From: Narcine bancroftii
Lineage: Eukaryota
DNA: 64,000 bases
Assembly: GCF_036971445.1 (NCBI RefSeq)
Contig: NC_091470.1
Location: 196,292,001-196,356,000 of the forward strand
Direction of reading: 5' to 3'
This document shows positions 25,481 to 36,766 of the stretch, piece by piece (within the stretch, counting starts at the first letter, position 1; each line of letters starts with the position of its first letter). Under the pieces are notes generated by a model. It was not told the origin of the DNA. It worked only from the letters and a program-made list of their open reading frames with translations, and did no database searches. A program made the translations under genes and the position numbers.

Positions 25481-28400
25481 TTTAGGTAAATATCTTTCTA
25501 TGCCAAGGGAGTGGTATCTGCATGCGGAGTGATGCTCTCTCAGTGGAATGACCCAGAAATCTGATTGGCTGCTCCGCTCGACTTCACCAGGGATTGAACT
25601 TGGGTGAACTGGCTGAGCACATTGGACAGCACCGTTCGGCCGAGACTGCCCATGCCTGGTGCTCGGGGGCAGGCGCCACCGATTCCAATGGCGTTGCCTC
25701 TCCCCGGACCAGAGAACCAAGCCTCCGTGCCTCTCCCCAAATCAGTCTGCTCCCTCTCCCTCGCCCGGCACCCCTCTCCTGCCTTCTCATCCCCCTAACT
25801 TCATTCTCCCCCTGCTCTCCTTCCCTGACTCACTCCTTCCCCCATCCCACCCACCCCTCCCATCACCACACACTCCCCCTACGCCACTCTCCCGCACGAC
25901 CCTCACATCATTCCCCCTACTCTCTCCCCAGACCCCATCCCTCACTCCTCACTTTCTTTTCCTCCCATCCTTCCCTGCTCCTCCACTCTCTTTTTTCATC
26001 CACTCCCTCTTTTCCCCAACCCACCCCAATTCCTCCCCTCCTGTCCCCTCTATTGCACCTTCTGCTCTCTGCCCCTCACTCACCCCACCCCTCCCTTCTC
26101 TCCTCACCCCTCCTGCCTCCCCTCCCCCTCCCCACCACTCCCCTCTGCCATCCCTCCCTTTCTCTGTCCTCCACACCTTCTCCTCTTTCTCCCTCCCCTA
26201 CCCCTCCTGTCTCTCCTTCCACCCCACCTCTCTCTCCCTTCCCCATCTCTTTCTCCCTTCCCTCTCCCCACCTCTCCTCTCCACTCACCCTTTCTCTCTC
26301 CTCCACCCCTACTGCCTCCCCTACCCCTCCCGTCTCTCCCCCACCCCTCATCCCTCCCTTTCTCTCTCCCTTCTCCCTCCTCCCCTCCCTTCTCTTTCTC
26401 TCCCACACACCTGTCTCTCTTCCACACCCCTCTTTCTCTCCCCTCCCCTCTGTCTCCCCCAGTCTCATCCCTCCTTCGGCAGCAACCCATTGTAAGGGAG
26501 GGCGGTGGGTGTTCAGCGAAGGTGTGGGGGGGGGGGGGGGGTGTGGGTCGGGAATCCCTTGCCTGGCGTAACAGGATCTCGTAGTAAAATGAACCCCCTC
26601 CTGCCCTGAGCTGCTGGCGAGAGGGATTAGGCATCATCCTCTTCCGTTGGTCGCTGGGACAGGATAGAGGGTGTGTGCGTGTGTGGGGGGAACAGCCCCT
26701 TCACTGCGGCGGGTACCCCTCGAGGAGGGGGTTTTGCTGAGTCAGGGCCGCCCTGGCTGGGGCCTGAAACAAAATCCCAGCTCGGCCCGTGTGCGAGCTG
26801 CAGCCAGGGCGTCGCATGCTACAGCAAGGCTCTCCGCATCTCTCTCTCCCCCCCACCCCCAGCTGTTCACACAGCGCACTCTCTCTGGAGCCAGCATCAC
26901 CATTGTTCCGTCTGTCAGTCCCACACCCACAGTGAACACCTCACACAGCTGTCCCTCCATCCCCACGCCCAGCGTCTCCTCGCTGCTTTCTCCCTCCTCC
27001 TCTCGACCCCTTGCAGCCGGACCCCTCCTCTTTTAATCTGGTTCTGCTCTCCCACCCCCCCCCCCTTTCTCCCTTCTATTTCTATCTATCTCTCCCCTCC
27101 CGTCTATTCTCCTTCCCTTCTATTTCTCTCTCTCCCCTCTTTCTCTCTCTCAATCGCTGTCTCTCTCCCCTGTCTATTCTCTCTCACTTTCAATCTCTCT
27201 CCCTTCCCATCTTATCGATCTCTTCCCCAGCCCCACAAATTATTTTTCTATCCATTTCCCTTACCCATCACTCTTCCCTGCCCCACAGCCTTTCTCTCTC
27301 TTCTCCCGCTCCATCCTGCTTCAGGGCACCTCCATTCCATTCCTTCTTTGCCTCCAGACACTCCCCCTCTCTCCTCCCCATCCCCCTACCTCCCTCCATC
27401 TCCCTGTCTCCCCAATCCCCCCCCCATCCTCATCCCTCCTTCCCCGAGACCCGCGCTGCACTGCCGAAGTGGCTGGTTTTAACCCCCCCCCCCACCCATC
27501 CCATTTCACCGGGGATGGGCCTCGTTGGGCAGCCTGCAGTAATAAATGCGAGCCTCTGCTGGAGCCCCTGCCCCATCAGCTGGAGCCTTCAATGCTCACC
27601 GTCGAAAGGCCTCTGAGATGAGATGGTTTTTGCCAGCTGCTCTCCTCCTCGCCCCTTATCCAAGTGAAGCTGAGAACCCTCTCCAGTCCTTGTGTTATAT
27701 CAGGGAAACCTGACTTGCGCATTTGAATCCTGGCAGCTGATAATGCTGATGGGGGCAGGGAGGCAGATCCTGGCTTTCAATCAATCAATTTTGCTTTTCC
27801 ATTCATCAAGGGAGAAAGACTGGGAAAAAAATTGCAGGGATTACAAAATGTTGAAATTTCACCTTGTTTTTTCTCTCATCAGTTTTAAGCATCATTGTTT
27901 ATTGTTCTGCCCTCGAGTTGCACATTTACCCAGGCCAAATGGTGGAGCTTTCAGCCCCTTATATTCTTCCTGGATATTTTGTGGAAGGAGCATCGGCCTT
28001 GAGGTTACCCGTGGCATCCCAGCCTTGCCCCTGCTGCATTCATCAGCTGCTCCAATCTTTGCAGAGTCCGAGGAGAAGAGCACAAGCCCACCCCCGGTTG
28101 AGAAGGAGAAGCAGAGGAGACGGGGAAGGCAGTGGGGGCGCTCAGCAGCTGAGGGCCACAAGCTGCTCACGATCGGGGTGGTGGTGGGGGTCCTCTGGAA
28201 ACCGGCGCCGGGATTCTGAGAGGGCGCTAAAGGCTTCCCGATCACGTTGGAGGTTTGGGATCCAGGAGGCCGATGGATTGAACAGGAGTCTGTGCGGCTG
28301 TGGGAGGCGCTGGAGGCGGACACTCAGCGTCTCTGAAGGGACTCCCTTTTGCTTCTCTTTCTTCTACTGTTAGGGACGCCAGGCGACGCTCACGGTGAAT

Positions 28401-28592
28401 CTTACAGCAGACAAAAAAGAGGCATAATATAAAATGTATAATCATTTAAACTTCGGACACATGGCCCGGTCAGTAACAGGCCCACAAGCCCGTGCCACCC
28501 AATTACACCCAATTGACCCCGATACATTGCAAACAGCGGGAGGAAACCAGAAGACCCAGGGGAAAACCCACACAGACACAGGGAGAATGCAC

Positions 28593-29338
28593 TGTGACAG
28601 AGTATTTTGAGGTGGCTTGGGGGGAATTGCTAGAGCAACTTGCACGTGCGCATGCACGCACGCACGCACGCACATTTTAAAAAACAGAATTTTTGCAGGA
28701 CTTTTGCAGAATGCTTTTTGCAAAGAGAGCAACAAAGATGCAGCATACAGCTTGACTGGGAGATCATGTGATTTTTTTCAGGCTGGCAGAACAGTTTTGC
28801 TCTCAGAGAGAGAAAGAAATCAGTTCCAGAAGGACAAGCTGGCAAATTTTGTCTGGTCAAAGGAGAAGAGTGGCTGTCTGAAAGGTGACTTGAAAGAAAG
28901 CGGATCATCTGGAGAACCCTGAAGAGGGGCAAGTTTCGTCAGCAAGACTGATTGAGAAGGAATCAGTTGTGGATGTCCTGGAAAAGGAATTTCTCTCTGA
29001 AGACCAACAAGAACCCTCCTGAGTGGTAACCATTTACCTGTTAAACACCAAAGCCTGGTGAACTTTATTAATACTAACTTCTGTGCACAGTACAAGAATG
29101 GCCTGCAACCTGTGAGATTTGATTGTGATCCAAAGAACTTTTCTAATCTTAAATATACATTACACACACCTGCACTTAGTATTAGAGGGGGGATTAAGTA
29201 GGTTAGGTAGTAATAAGTTAAAGTTTAATTCTGTTTTCTTGTTCCATTATAATTAAAAACTACTTTTGTTTAAGTAACCCTGTGTTGTGGTGCATATCTA
29301 TAGCTGCTGGTTTTTGGGGTCCTCTGGACTCCGTAAGA
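28593..29338 (+). mobile_element. Solo LTR (~745 bp) inserted into a V-SINE
   Basis: TGTGACAGAG...CTCCGTAAGA quasi-inverted ends interrupt the SINE text GGGAGAATGCAC | AAACTCCCTCCAGACAGC. Confidence 0.65.
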
Positions 29339-30342
29339 GTGAAAACTCCCTCCAGACAGCACGGGATTCAAATCCCAGTCCCTGGTCGCTAGCGCTTTAA
29401 CAGCACTGCACTAACCGCTTCACCAACCATGCCGGCCCCTTTTATAATGTAGTATTTCGTGACAATTAATGGAACCTTAACTTTTGAGTCGGCAGGTCGC
29501 CAAATACTCTGTCGAACTTCTGTAGGGGGACTGAAACGGGTTGGTATAGTCAGTCATATAATAAAATTATGAGGGGTGTAGACAGAGTAAATGTAGGTCG
29601 GCTTTTTCCACTGAGGGTCGATGAGATACAAACCAGAGGACAGGGGTTAAGGATGAAAGGGGAAGGGTTAAACTGGTTCAGACTTTATTCCCTGGAGCTT
29701 CGAAGAATGAGAGGAGATTTGATGGAGGTATTTAAAATTATGAGGGGGACAGACAGAGTAATTGTAGGTTGGTTTTTCCCACTGAGGGTGGGTGAGATAA
29801 AACCAGTGCATGTGGGTTAAGGGCGAAAGGGGAAAAGTTTAGGGGGAACTTTTTCACACAGACAGCGGTGGGGAATGAGCTGAGGTGGTGAATGTGGCTC
29901 AGTTTTAAACATTTAAGAAGAATTTGGACAGGTCCATGGATGGGAGGGGGATGGAGGCGCAGGTCAGCGGGACGAGGCAGAAAAATGTCCTGGCACAGAC
30001 TAGAAGGCAAAGGGACTGCTTCTCTGCTGTCATGTTCCACGACTGCGTCACAGCCTGCTTTGGGGGTTCAGGATCGTAGGTCACAAACCCAGCCCAGACC
30101 CATCTCAGTCTCTGGCCTCCCCACCCCCTGCAGACATCTCCATTGACTCACTGCCTCCGGGAAGCCGCCAACATCATAAAGGCCACCACCTCTTCCCACT
30201 GCTCCCTTCAGGCAGAAGGTACGAAAGCCCGAAGACCAGCTGCTCTCAGTTCAAGGACATTTTCTATCCAATGAATCTCCCCATACATTCCTGAACCTAA
30301 ACCAATTCTGGGGCCACCAGAAAGTTTGTACAATTGACACGC

Positions 30343-30627
30343 TGTGGCGGCTCACCACAAGGCAGGCGAACCGGCCCTGCTTGTAAGCCACGTGGCAGGG
30401 CAGCCGGTCAAAAAGGGTTTCCCTTCCTTCCAGCTCAGGGCTCAGAAACCCACACTTGGGACCGCGTGACGCCCGGGTGACGTCAGCACCCTCCAGCGTG
30501 GTTCTCAGCCAGGCCCGGGCTGGGAGTATAAGTGCAGTACAGCAGCTTGCAATAAACTAGTCTGCTCACTGAGCTCAACCTATCTGGTTGTGTATGTTAT
30601 TGCAGGAGCAGTGTAGCCGCCGCTACA
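30343..30627 (+). mobile_element. Solo LTR (~285 bp)
   Basis: TGTGGCGGC...GCCGCTACA inverted ends, TATAA, AATAAA, 4-bp TSD ACGC/ATGC. Confidence 0.8.
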
Positions 30628-32363
30628 ATGCCACTTTTCTCTTTCATCAACAGTATCTGCGAACATTGATCTTATCCTTTATATTTATCAACTCTTTCTG
30701 CATTGGTGAAATTTAATGTTTTGAGTGAAACACTTAAGTCTGCAGATGCCCACTGGCATCACTAGAGAGGGGTGCTGACCGCACCGGGTGACTCCATCAT
30801 GGGGGTTGAGAGACCCCAAAATGACAGTCCATAAAATTTCTGTGCAGTGTTTCAGCAGAAATTTATTATTTTTTAATTAAAAAAAAAATCCCTGTCATTC
30901 GTTATAACAAAAACCTTCTTCGTCAGCCCAGTTTACAATGTACCTACAAAGCTTACATGAATCAATGTACAAGGCTAAAACTTANNNNNNNNNNNNNNNN
31001 NNNNNNNNNNNNNNNNNNNNNNNNNNNNNNNNNNNNNNNNNNNNNNNNNNNNNNNNNNNNNNNNNNNNNNNNNNNNNNNNNNNNNNNNNNNNNNNNNNNN
31101 NNNNNNNNNNNNNNNNNNNNNNNNNNNNNNNNNNNNNNNNNNNNNNNNNNNNNNNNNNNNNNNNNNNNNNNNNNNNNNNNNNNNTTCCCTCTCCCCCCCA
31201 ATCTCCCTCTCCCCCCCAATCCTCGGACCCCCCCCATCTCCCCTCTCCCCCCCAATCCTCGGACCCCCCCATCTCCCTCTCCCCCCCCCAACCCTCGGAC
31301 CCCCTATCTCCCTCTCCCCCCCCCAACCATCTCCCCCTCCCCCGGCTTCCCCTGCCACCCACCTCACCCCTTGGCTTCTCCAGGTACCCACTACCTGGTT
31401 CCCCCAAACATCTTCTCTCTCGTGTCCTCCCTCCCACATGGTGAACGACGGCAGCCTGTGGCCATGCGGAATGACTCGGGATTGAATTTAGGAGCAGGGA
31501 GGTTCTGTTGCGACTGTACAGGTGAGGCCGCATCTGGAGCACGGCGTGCAGCTTTGGTCTCCATACTGGAGGAAGGAGGCGGTCCAGAGGGGTTCACTGG
31601 GCGGATCCCAGGAATACAGGGCTAGTCTATGAGAGATTGAGTCGTCTGGGACTGTACTCACTGGAATTAGAAGAAGAAGAGGGGATTTTATAGAAAGGTA
31701 TAAAATTATGAAAGGCATCAATAAGGGAAAGGTAGACAAGTTGTTCCCTTGGGTGGGGGAGACCAGAACTAGGGGATATAGCCTCGAGATCCAGGACAGA
31801 GATGAGGAGGAACTGCTTTCCCCAATGGGTGGAATTCGCTGCCATTGAAGCAGTGGAGACGGCCTCAGTGAATATATTTAATGCAAGATTTTTTAACATT
31901 AAGGATGTTTGAAAGGGCAGGCCAGTGGACATCATCTGTCAACCACATGAATGGTGGAGAAGGGCCCAACGGGCCGAATGGCTGACTCCTGCTCCTGTTT
32001 CTTACATCCACCTCTGACCTCTTGGGCCTGTGCTCCTCCATTTATTCGGGCACCTTATTACATTGCCCACACCTTAGTGAATGGCTCAGGCCCGAAATGT
32101 TGGTGAGGTATCTTTATCTTTGCTTCATAAAGGACATTGTTTGGCCTGAGTTTCTCCAACCTTGCAATTTTACTTCAATCACGGTGTCTGATTCAGCTTC
32201 AAAAATAAAATAGACTTTAGTGCCAGCAACGTGGGTTTGAATCCGGCGCTCTCTGTCAGGAGATCGCTCATTCTCTCCACCGCCCCACTCCCTATGACCT
32301 GCGTGGGTTTCCTCCGGGTGCCCACGTCCCATTGGCAGATGGTGGTGGTGGGAGCCAGTGGGC

Positions 32364-32544
32364 TCATCGGGCTCCGTATGACGAAGGAGAAGCTGAAAAT
32401 GGCTCTGCCTTCTCCGAGGACTGGTGCAAGTAGTTCTTTAGCGTGCGAGGGGAGCAGCAGGGCATCCACCTCCTGCATCCGCTGCTTGCCAGGATCGTTC
32501 GGATCTGATGCCGGCAGAGGTCGGTGAGGGGGTACCGGCTGGCC
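32364..32544 (-). CDS. SPSB: SOCS-box exon of the SPSB-family gene (contains 1-bp indels)
   Basis: Acceptor TCTCTTGTCCGCAG. Reading across frames gives QPYPLTDLCRHQIRTILGKQRMQEVDALLLPRTLKNYLHQ, with BC box L..LCR..IR and Cul5 box L.LP..LK.YL. Confidence 0.8.
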
Positions 32545-32792
32545 CTGCGGACAAGAGACATTACCTGCTGGCGGCACCTTTGGGACTGCTCGCCTCCTCC
32601 CTCTCCCTCCCTCACTGTTGAACTCAGAGGGCAGTCAGCAGAACCCTGGGAGGGTGCCCCAGTGAGTCATGGAAGGGTAATAGCCAACATTTCAATTCTC
32701 TGCTCCATTCCACAATGACATGTTTGTCCATGGTCTCATTAAAGATGACCTCCTACATCAATCAACGTGCCTTCCCCTCTACCACCATAAAA

Positions 32793-34270
32793 ACATGAGA
32801 AAATAAGAGCAGGAGCCAGGCATTCGGCCCATCGAGCCCTGCCCTGCCATTCAATGTGATTGTGGCTGATCTGATGATCGGCTCATCTCCACAGACCTGC
32901 CTTTTCCCTATATCCCTTCATTCCTCGACTATGTAAAAATCTACCCAACCTTGTCTTAAATATATTTACTGAGGTTGCCTCCACTGCTTCAATGGGCAGC
33001 AAATTCCACAGATTCACCACCCTCTGGGAAAAGCAGTTCCTCCTCATCTCCGTCCTAAATATACTCCCCTGGATCTAGAGGCCATGTCCCCCTAGTTTTG
33101 GTCTCCCCCACCCATGCGAACAACTTACCCACCTCTATCTTATCTCTGCCTTTCATAATTTTATACGTTTCTACAAGATTCCCTTCTCATTCTTCTACAT
33201 TTCAGCGAGTACAGTCCCAGACGTCTCAATATCTCCTCATAGGCCAAGCCCCTCATCTCTGGAATCCACCTGGTGTCCCTCCTCTGCACCGCCTCCAAAG
33301 CCAGTCCGTCCTTCCTCAAGTAAGGAGGCCAGAACTGCCTGCTGTGCTCCAGGTGCGGCCTCACCAGGACTTTGTACAGTCGCAGCAGAACCTCCCTGCT
33401 CCCAAATCCAATCCCTCCAGCGATGAAGGCCAATGTTCCATTGGCCTTCTTGCTAACTTGCTGCACCTGCAAACTAACCTTTTGCGATTCATGCACAAGC
33501 CCTCCTTCCGCACGGCCGCAGGCTGCAATCACTTGCCATGTAAATAATATTCTGATCTTCCATTTTTCCTTCCAAAGTGGACAACCTCATATTGTCCTCT
33601 ATCTGCCAGACCAGAATATTATTTACATGGTCAGCGATTGTAGCACGCTGCTGTGCAGAAGGACTTGGGAGGTTCTACTGCAACTGTACAAGGTCCTGGT
33701 GAGGCCCGATCTGGAGTACAGCGGGTAGTTCTGGTCTCCTTATTTGAGGAAGGACTGACTGGCCTTGGAGGTGGTGCAGAGGAGGGTCACCAGGTTGATT
33801 CCAGGGATGAGGGGGTTTCCCCAATGAGATTGAGTCGTCTGGGACTGAACTCGTTGGAATTTAGAAGAATGAGAGGGGATCTTGAAGAAACACCTAAAAT
33901 TATGAAAGACTTCGATAAAATAGAGGTAGGTAAGTTGTTCCCATGGGTGGGATAGACCAGAACTAGGGGACATGGCCTCAAGATCCAGGGGAGTATATTT
34001 AGGACGGAGATAAGGAGGAACTGCTTTTCCCAGCGGGCGGTGAATCTGTGGCAATATCGGCGCCCATTGAAGCAATGGAGGCAACCTCAATTAATATATT
34101 GAGGACCAGGTTGGCTAGATTTCTACATAATTGGGGAATTAAGGGATGTGGGGGAAAAGGCAGGTCGGTGGAGATGAGCCGATCATCAGATCTGCTACGA
34201 TCACATTGAATGGTGGAGGAGGGCTCGACGGGCCGGATGGCCGACCCCTGCTCCTGTTTCATGTTCTTAT
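32793..34270. mobile_element. Two CR1 3' fragments in opposite orientation (minus ~32793-33590, plus ~33660-34270) within the SPSB intron
   Basis: Both encode REVLLxLYKVLVRPxLE-type CR1 ORF2 and share the 3' UTR. Confidence 0.85.
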
Positions 34271-35237
34271 ACCCGCCAATGACCTCTTGCATTCGGACTT
34301 GTGCCCCTCCCCAGCACCGACAGATAATACCCACTAAATTTCAGAAGGAGGTTCAAAGTTCCAATTTATTGGCGCCACATATGGCCCCGAGATTCTTTCT
34401 CCTGCAGGCCTGTCTTATTGGTAGTGCAAAAAAAGCACATGACTCAAAAAAAGGTGTGTGAACACAAGGGGAGAGAAACGTCAACAAGGATATGCAAACA
34501 AATGGAACAATACAGAAAATATGGTGAAACTCATTAGAATGCGATTCATTAATCCGCGGAATCGCTTCATGCGCAGGTGTCTGTGGACCCCAAACTGCTA
34601 AGGGGCGGACTGATGACAATCAGCCGGTGACCCAACTCCTGCACTGACTGCCCCTGCCCCGATGTCCCACGCCGGACGCCCCTGCTGTGGGAGTTGATGG
34701 GTTTGCAGAAGATGTCTGCGAGAGTTTGTCTCCTGAGATGGCGACAGAGAGGGAGAGAGAGAGCGGGTTGCTAGAGATGTACCAAGACAAGGTTGGGTAG
34801 ATTTCTACATAGTCGGGGAATTATGGGACCTGAGGACAGGGCAAGTCGGTGAAGATGAGCCCATCATCAGATCTGCCATGACTCAGTGAATGGTGGAGCA
34901 GGCTCGACAGGCCTAATGGCCAACTCCTGCTCCTGGTTCTTATGAATCTGAGAGTTAGCGAGAGGGATGGAGGGGATACTGGGATGGGGTAAAAACACAA
35001 TGCTGGATAAATTCAGCAGTTCAAACAGCGTACTATATACAGTACGTTATGAGTTTCAGCCCTTCATCAAAATGTTGGCAGGTGCCCAAACAAAATGGTG
35101 GGGGGAGGGGTCAGGGAACAAGCACGGTCCCACAGGCAGGAGGTCATGGATGGATAAGGGAGGGAGGGCACAGCAACAAACAAGGGGGGGGGGGGGGGGA
35201 ATTGAGACTGGGAAATGAGAAAGGAGTGAGAATCAGA

Positions 35238-35505
35238 GATGGGGAGGAATGGGGCCGTAGAGTAAGAGAGGGGGAGGAATGGGGGGAGAGTAAGAGAGGG
35301 GGAGGAATGGGGGGAGAGTAAGAGAGGGGGAGGAATGGGGGGAGAGTAAGAGAGGGGGAGGAATGGGGGGTAGAGTAAGAGAGGGGGAGGAATGGGGAGT
35401 AGAGTAAGAGAGGGGGAGGAATGGGGCGAGAGTAAGAGAGGGGGAGGAATGGGGGGAGAGTAAGAGAGGGGGAGGAATGGAGGGGGGAGAGTAAGAGAGG
35501 GGGTA
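35238..35505. repeat. ~25-bp minisatellite (AGAGTAAGAGAGGGGGAGGAATGGGG) next to the SPSB donor site
   Basis: About 10 tandem copies. Confidence 0.95.
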
Positions 35506-35526
35506 TTTGACTGGCTGGCCACTTAC

Positions 35527-36206
35527 CCTGCAGCTGGTTGATGTAGGTGAGGGTGATACAGGCGTTTCCCCACACACAGCTGATCATGGGGTACAAGGTC
35601 TTGTTCTCCAGACCCCCGAAGCCAACTCCCAGGTACTGCCCGTCCACCACGAAGCTCAGGGTCCCCTCGTCCGAATCCAGCACGACCAGGAAGGTGTCGG
35701 GCACGGGGAGGAGAGGTCCGGAAGGTGAGTCCGGGTAAAGGCGGCCGGCCCGGCCGGCGTGGTACAGTCGCCCGTCCACCAGCCCCCAGCCCCACGACTC
35801 GCCGTCCTCACCGCCCACCAACACCCGGTAGCCGGCAGCATGGAGGCCGGCGCTCGCCGTTCCCCACCCCCACCGCGGCGTGGCTGCCCCTCTGCGCTGC
35901 CGGCCAGGACACCCTCCAGACGTGCAGCCCCTGCCGGGAGCCCACGTTGACCCGCACGCCATCCGTGCTGTCCGGCACCCGGAGGCGGCGGGCCGTCAGC
36001 TCTAAGCAGGGCGGCGGAAGGACCCCGCTGCACCTCACGTTGGGAGAGTGGTCCCAATCGCTCCAGCCGTTCCGTGCCTGGACGTTCACCGGGGCAGGGG
36101 GCAGGTCCAACAAGAGCTTCAGGCGCCAAGGCATGGGATGACCCAGTCCCAAAACATGGCTCGTCCCCTCCTCCCCATGGGACTTTTTAACCCAGTTCAA
36201 GCCCAT
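35527..36206 (-). CDS. SPSB: SPRY/B30.2 domain exon of a SPRY-domain SOCS-box protein (SPSB1/2/4 family), one +1 indel near 35863
   Basis: MG start (AGGATGG); [82 protein letters not shown]; phase-1 donor G|GTAAGT just before the SOCS box. Confidence 0.92.
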
Positions 36207-36562
36207 CCTCAATGAACTTCATTAAACTTCTCTTCAAGAAAAAGTTTGCAGCCTGACTCCCCTGGAGATTCTCAGTTGTGCTGTGCAATTATACATATAC
36301 ATCTTTCATCCATCTTATCTGCCGCGGAGGCTGCAACGTGCGCTGGGAGGAGATAGCTGGGCCACCCACTGTCACCTCTACACCACGGGCAAGGTCGAAG
36401 CTTCTCGTCAGCCAGCCCACTCTCCCCGCCCTTCTGGCCTTCCGATTGTGCAAGGGGTGCGAGTGTCCTAGTCGCTCGCTGGCGATGTGGTTGGAGGAGA
36501 AGGGGAGGGGTGAGAGGGGATAGGGGGAATGGGGAGGGGGGTGAGGAGAAGGGGGGGAGGGA

Positions 36563-36766
36563 AGTAGAGCACATCGAAAGAACCAAAGACTTGTTGATCC
36601 AAACCAAGACTTTTATCAACTAAAAGACTGGAGCGTATCACAAGTAGGTCGACCAGTCCAGAATGACCTGGTCTGTCCAGGAGCAATCCTTAAAGACCTG
36701 CCAGTAGGTGTGGCTACACTCTCAGCCAATCTGTACATATATACCTTGGTGATATGTACTATCACA
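36563..36766 (-). mobile_element. Solo LTR (~204 bp) upstream of the SPSB coding exon
   Basis: Perfect 5-bp TSD AGGGA on both sides; the minus strand begins TGTGATAG and has TATATG and GATAAAA. Confidence 0.8.
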
